From the NCBI GenBank assembly GCA_963756435.1, contig CAVWNU010000023.1, forward strand, positions 34,609 to 98,608: 64,000 nt of DNA, given 5' to 3'. Below the pieces are notes generated by a model. The model was not told the DNA's origin and did not search any database. It saw only the letters and a list, made by a program, of their open reading frames with translations. The position numbers were made by a program, and so were the translations under genes. Origin of the DNA: an uncultured Acidobacteriaceae bacterium. Its GTDB lineage: Bacteria > Acidobacteriota > Terriglobia > Terriglobales > Acidobacteriaceae. Shown in pieces: positions 58,769-64,000 of the stretch (position 1 is the stretch's first letter; every line of letters starts with the position of its first letter).

Positions 58769-59790
58769 TTGACCGCCGTCATGCAGCCGCATCCAGAGAC
58801 GCGATCGAGCCCGCAGCCCATTCCTTCGCGATCCCGATCGCTGCTCTCTACCAGCGATCTGTCTCTTCCAGGCATTGCTGCTCTCATGCGCGCTGCTTCC
58901 TTTCTGGAAAAGGAGAACCCGTTGGAGCGTGCACGCCGGCTCGCCAAGCGCCGGGTGGCCTTGCTCTTCTACGAGTCGAGCACCCGTACCCGCACGTCCT
59001 TCGAGCTGGCGGCCAAGGGCCTGGGCGCCGACACCACGCTCGTGAGTGCGCTCTCCTCCAGCATCGAGAAAGGCGAAAGCCTCAAGGACACCGGCCTCAC
59101 CCTTCGCGCGCTTGGGGCCGAGTGCATCATTCTGCGCCACCCCAATTCTGGCGCGCCCTACCTGCTGGAGCGCGTCACCGGCCTACCCGTGCTGAACGCC
59201 GGCGACGGCATGCACGCGCATCCTTCGCAAGCGCTCCTGGATCTGCGGACCATCCTGCATCGTCTTCAGACCAAAGCATGCAAGCGCCGAGATCAATGAG
59301 AGCACGCTGGCCGGCATTACCGTGCTGATCACCGGCGACATCCTGCACAGCCGCGTGGCGCGATCGAATGCGCAACTGCTCCCGCGACTGGGTGCGCGCG
59401 TGATCCTGTGCGGTCCAGAGGCATTGCTGCCGGAGTGTGCTGCGGAGATCGGGCCGGGAATTTCGGTCGAACGGAATTTCGCACAGGCAATGCGCAGCTC
59501 GCAGGTGGTGATGATGCTGCGCATCCAGAAGGAACGGCTGGCCGGACTCGAACTCAATCTGGACGAGTACATCGCGAACTATCAATTGAATGCGGAGCGG
59601 TTGGCGGAGACACGCACCGCGCGCGCTGGTGATGCATCCTGGGCCAATGATTCGCGGTCTGGAAATCACCAGCGATGTCGCTGACGGGCCGCAGTCCGCG
59701 ATCGAGGAGCAGGTGCACCACGGCGTTGCCATACGCACCGCACTGATCGCGCGTGCGCTGGAGGCAATGCCGGAGGTAGCCTCCGCATGA
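58769..59790 (+). CDS. pyrB: aspartate carbamoyltransferase catalytic subunit (two apparent frameshifts)
   Basis: [52 protein letters not shown] spread over three ORFs. Confidence 0.9.
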
Positions 59791-61131
59791 ATCAAAGAGG
59801 CTCAGGACAGGATTCTGATTCGGGGCGGCCGTCTCATCGATCCCGCGAACAGAATCGATGCGCCACGCGATCTGCTGATTGAAGGCGACCGTGTCGTCGC
59901 TGTGGATGCGAATCTGATAATCGATTCGCGAAGCGCAGAGATTATTGATGCAACCGGATTGATTGTCACCCCCGGCTTGGTTGACATCCACGTGCACCTG
60001 CGTGAGCCCGGACAGAGTTACAAGGAAACCATCGCGAGCGGCACGGCAGCAGCCGCGACCGGCGGCTTCACCAGCGTTGCCGCGATGCCCAACACGACTC
60101 CCGTGAACGACTCCGCCGAGATTACCCAGTGGATGCAGGCTCCGGAGCGCGGAGCGCACGCGCGTGTCTATCCGATCGGCGCGGCGACGGAAGGCAGCAT
60201 GGGCAAGATCCTCACAAATTATGAGGCTCTGCGCGACGCAGGCGCTGTCGCGGTCAGCGACGACGGCAAGCCGATCCTGGGCGATGAGACGATGCGCTCC
60301 GTGCTGCGTGCTGCCACTGCAGCGGGACTCCCGGTGATCCAGCACGCGGAAGACACGCGTATGACCGGCGGCTGCTCCATGAACGCCGGTGCGCTTGCCT
60401 TCCGGCTCGGCCTGCGCGGCATGCCCATCGAAGCCGAGGCGGCAATTGTGGCGCGCGATATCGCACTGCTTCGCGAGTTAAACGACGATCGCGCACACCT
60501 GCACGTTGCGCATCTGTCGACGAAGAAGGCGCTGGATCATGTTCGAGCCGCACGGAAGAGTGGGCTGCACGTTACATGCGAGGTGACGCCGCATCACTTC
60601 GTGCTGACCGAAGAGGCGGTCGGCGAGTACGACACGCACGCAAAGATGAATCCGCCGCTTCGCGCAGCCGAGGACCGCGATGCGATGATCGAAGGGCTGC
60701 TGGACGGCACGATCGACTGTATCGCTACCGATCATGCCCCACACGCCGCGCATGAGAAGGAACAGGAGTTCGAGCGCGCACCGAACGGCATCACCGGTCT
60801 TGAAACCTCACTCGGCCTTAGCCTCGCCGTGCTGCATCGGCAACATGGCATGCCGCTCGCGCAGGTTTTCGCGCTGCTCAGTGCGCGTCCCGCTGCAATT
60901 CTCGGACTTCCCGCAGGCTCGCTAGCAAACGATGCTAGCGCGGACGTGGTGTTGCTCGCGCCGGAGACGGAGTGGGCATACCGCGTCAGTGAATCGCGCT
61001 CACGCTCGCGCAACACGCCCTTCGACGGCTGGTCGTTGCCGGGCAAGGTACATCTCACCTTGCGGGCGGGTCGAATCGTTCATGGAGACCGCGCTTCGGT
61101 TCTGCAAGGACAACCGTCGCAAGTAAGATAA
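59787..61131 (+). CDS. pyrC: dihydroorotase (one extra base just after the start codon)
   Basis: [44 protein letters not shown]. Confidence 0.93.
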
Positions 61132-61160
61132 ATAAGCAGTCTTGCATTCGAGGTGTTGCT

Positions 61161-62880
61161 CTGAGTCGTCTGCCTGGTATTGCGGCGGTTGCCGCTGCGC
61201 TGTTCTTCGGCCTCGCTTCCAATGCACAGCAGCCTGCCGCTCCGATAGTGCTCTCGCCGGCCAACGACTATCTGTCCGGTTCGGTTTATATCTCAATGGA
61301 CAGCTGGATCTACCCCGCGTTGGAGCGGCTCTATTCATTGGGCTACATCGATACGGCTTTTTTGGGTCTACGTCCATGGACACGTCTCAGTTGCCTGCAC
61401 ATGCTCAAGGCATCGCAGTCCAAGATCCAGGCGGACGGCGGATTCACCCGGTAATCGCGAGGCGCGCCAACTCTTCAATGCTCTTGCCCTGGAGCTGTCC
61501 GATGATCGCGACGCGCTCGATCCCGGTCGCTCGAATTTGCATGGGGAAGTCGACCGCCTCTATGCGCGTGCGATGTATATCGGCGGACGGCCGTTGAACG
61601 ATTCGTCGCACTTTGGGTCGACGCTGATCAACGACTACGGTCGCGCCTATGAAGGCGGCTTCAACGGGCTTACGGGTTTCAGTGCGCGTGCAGAAAATGT
61701 TCGTCTTTCGCTGAAAGTGCGTGGCGAATTCCAGCATGCTCCGGGACGCGCTGCCTATCCGCTGAGCGTGCGACAGATTATCGCAAACATGGACACGGCG
61801 GCTGCACTGCCGCCGACGCCTGTACTGCCGCCGACGCCGGTCGATACCACGAACGAATTCCGACTGATCGACGCGAACCTCTCGTATCACATTTTGAATC
61901 ACGAGATCTCCGTCGGCAAAAGCGAGGACTGGTGGGGGCCCGGTGAGAGCGGCGCAATGGCATGGAGCATTAATGCCCAACCAATTTACGCGCTGCGCAT
62001 TGACCGCGTTGAACCGCTGTATATACCACTACTCTCGAAGCTGGTAGGGCCGTTTCGCTACGAAGGGCTTTTCGGTAGCCTGAAAGGTCACCTTTATCCC
62101 AATGCACCTTGGGTGCACGCGCAAAAAGTCAATTTCAAACCGACACCGAATCTGGAGTTCGGCTTCTCTCGCGTCGTGGTATTTGCCGGTGAGGGCCACG
62201 TGCCGCTCACTTTCGGAACGTTCTGGCACAGCTTCACCAGCTTCCAGAATGTGTCCCCCGCAGAGAAGGTTTCACGCAACGACCCAGGCGCGCGACACGC
62301 CAGCTTTGATTTCAATTACCGGCTGCCATTTCTGCGCAACTGGGTAACGCTCTACTCCGACTCCATCATCCACGACGATGTGTCGCCGGTGGCCGCGCCG
62401 CGCCATGCCGCCATCAATCCGGGTATTTACATCTCTCACTTTCCCGGAGCGCCCAGGCTCGACTTCCGTGCTGAGGCGGTCTCTACCGATCCACCGACAC
62501 CGCACAGCAACGGCGGCGGTTACATCTACTTCGAAAACGTCTACCGCGATGTCTACACCAACAAGGGATACATGCTGGGCAGCTGGATTGGGCGTGAGGG
62601 CAAAGGCGGCCAGGCGTGGCTCACGTATTGGCTCTCACCGCAGGAGCGCATTCAGCTGAGCTATCGCAATGCGAAATCCGCAAAGGACTTCGTGCCCGGC
62701 GGCACTACTCAGAATCTGATCACGGCAAACGCGATTGTGCGCGTCAAAAAGGATCTCGAGCTCAACGCGCTGGCGCAGTATGAACGGTGGACTGTGCCGG
62801 TGCTCGCACCTGGGCGGCAGAGCGATTTCACCACATCCGTCCAGATGACCTGGTATCCGCACCTGCGCGTCGGCCACTGA
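61161..62880 (+). CDS. capsule assembly Wzi-family outer membrane protein (frameshift near 61440; start approximate)
   Basis: Signal peptide, SWIYPALERL, RPWTR, WWGPGESGAM, KVNFKPTPNLEFG, WIGREG. Confidence 0.8.
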
Positions 62881-62889
62881 CGCAGCCAA

Positions 62890-64000
62890 CTATCCTTTTA
62901 GCACCGGCCGAATATGCAACTCCCGCAGTTGCGCATCAGAGACAGGCGTGGGAGCATCGACCATCAGGTCGATAGCTTTCGCTGTCTTTGGGAAGGCGAT
63001 CACCTCGCGCAGGCTGGGCGCGCCGGCCAGGATCATCGCGATCCGGTCGAGCCCCAGCGCGATCCCGCCGTGCGGCGGTGTGCCGTAGCTGAGCGCTTCG
63101 AGAAAGAAGCCAAAGCGTTCCTTCGCCTCTTCGTCCGTCATGCCAAGCGCCTGAAAGATCTTCTGCTGCACATCCTGGCGATGGATACGAATCGATCCCG
63201 AGCCAAGTTCGAGCCCATTCATCGCAATGTCGTAATAGCGTGACCGCACTGAGGCGGGGTCCGATACGAGGCGGTCCATGTCCTCTTCGTGCGGCGACGT
63301 GAAGGGATGATGTGCGGGCATCCACTTGCCGCTTTCCTCATCGTGCTCGAACATTGGGAAGTCCGTCACCCAGATGGGGCGGAAAGCATCGGCGCCGTTT
63401 GCATGTATTGTTGTGCCGCGTTCCGGGGAACCAAGCACCTGGTCGGTCACAGCAAAAGCCTTGTGCCGGTCGGCGTACTTCCGTGCGAGATCCACGCGCA
63501 GGTTGCCGGCAGCCGAGTAGACGGCGATCTCCCGTTCGGAAAGGCGTCCGCTGCCCTTGGTGGCGCTCATGCGCAGATGCGTTGCAGTATCGCCCGCGAC
63601 AAGCAGAAGCAGGTCCTCCGCCTCGGCCTTCGACAGCTCGCGAACCGTCGCTACAGCATCGGGAAAGCTCTTCTCCAGACGCTTAAGATCGTCGATGAGC
63701 TTCGCGCCCTTGCGCGTGTCGAACAGTGGTCGGTTATCGTCGCGCTCCTTGCGTGACAGCTCGCCCACCTTGGGGATGCGCACGGCAACAACAGGTAGCG
63801 TAGGGTCCAGTGCGAGAATCCCGCAGGCTTCGTCGGTGAATGCCTGTCGAACGTCGGTCAGTCCGGGCAGGCGCAAGTCCGGTTTGTCGATGCCGAACTG
63901 CCGCATCGCATCGTCGTAGGTGATGCGCGGAAACGGAATGGCAGATCGATGCCTGCCGCGTCGAACGCGGCCTGCATAAACCCTTCGACCACAGCAAAGA
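62890..64000 (-). CDS. aspS: aspartate--tRNA ligase, C-terminal part (frameshift near 63950)
   Basis: FGIDKPDLR, WVTDFPMFE, HHPFTSP, ELGSGSIRIH, PPHGGIALGLDR, VIAFPK. Confidence 0.95.
   Translation of the reverse strand, partial: LCCGRRVYAGRVRRGRHRSAIPFPRITYDDAMRQFGIDKPDLRLPGLTDVRQAFTDEACGILALDPTLPVVAVRIPKVGELSRKERDDNRPLFDTRKGAKLIDDLKRLEKSFPDAVATVRELSKAEAEDLLLLVAGDTATHLRMSATKGSGRLSEREIAVYSAAGNLRVDLARKYADRHKAFAVTDQVLGSPERGTTIHANGADAFRPIWVTDFPMFEHDEESGKWMPAHHPFTSPHEEDMDRLVSDPASVRSRYYDIAMNGLELGSGSIRIHRQDVQQKIFQALGMTDEEAKERFGFFLEALSYGTPPHGGIALGLDRIAMILAGAPSLREVIAFPKTAKAIDLMVDAPTPVSDAQLRELHIRPVLKG

Noticed and set aside
58769-59800. Programmed frameshifting or true pseudogenisation of pyrB and pyrC
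   Set aside because: No slippery heptamer with a stimulatory structure seen; similar indels in aspS and wzi point to assembly error
1-64000. CRISPR array, rRNA, selA/selB/selC/selD or known defence systems
   Set aside because: No regularly spaced repeat-spacer array, no rRNA, no tRNA-Sec and no recognisable Sec machinery or defence genes in this window

Overview
GC-rich bacterial chromosome segment that looks acidobacterial (PadR plus tandem ADOP permeases, Wzi, gene style). Positions 1-15.5 kb are one arm of an integrative conjugative element inserted at the 3' end of tRNA-Val(GAC). It carries an intact tyrosine integrase and excisionase, a LysR regulator, a heavily frameshifted VirB2-3-4-9-10-5-6-8-11 type IV secretion operon, ssb, a RepB-like primase, a candidate MOBF-type oriT and the start of the coupling protein. 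The rest is mostly core genome: pgsA-like, MscS, ECF41 sigma/CMD pair, a cysM-mec-sulfur carrier-moeZ cluster, rsmI, rsmD, gltX, tRNA-Pro(GGG), PadR/ADOP, glycan modification genes, pyrR-pyrB-pyrC, wzi and partial aspS. The best signal is hidden from the ORF track. In the accessory patch after tRNA-Pro, two adjacent co-oriented genes each carry an in-frame TGA exactly at the catalytic Cys/Sec position: an AhpD-like protein (C-P-Y-U-L-D-S-H) and a membrane-anchored iodothyronine-deiodinase-like protein (F-G-S-Y-T-U-P-P-F). Each TGA is followed by a SECIS-like hairpin, which suggests a two-gene selenoprotein operon. Single-base indels in housekeeping genes (pyrB, pyrC, aspS) suggest assembly errors, so frameshift-based pseudogene calls are uncertain.
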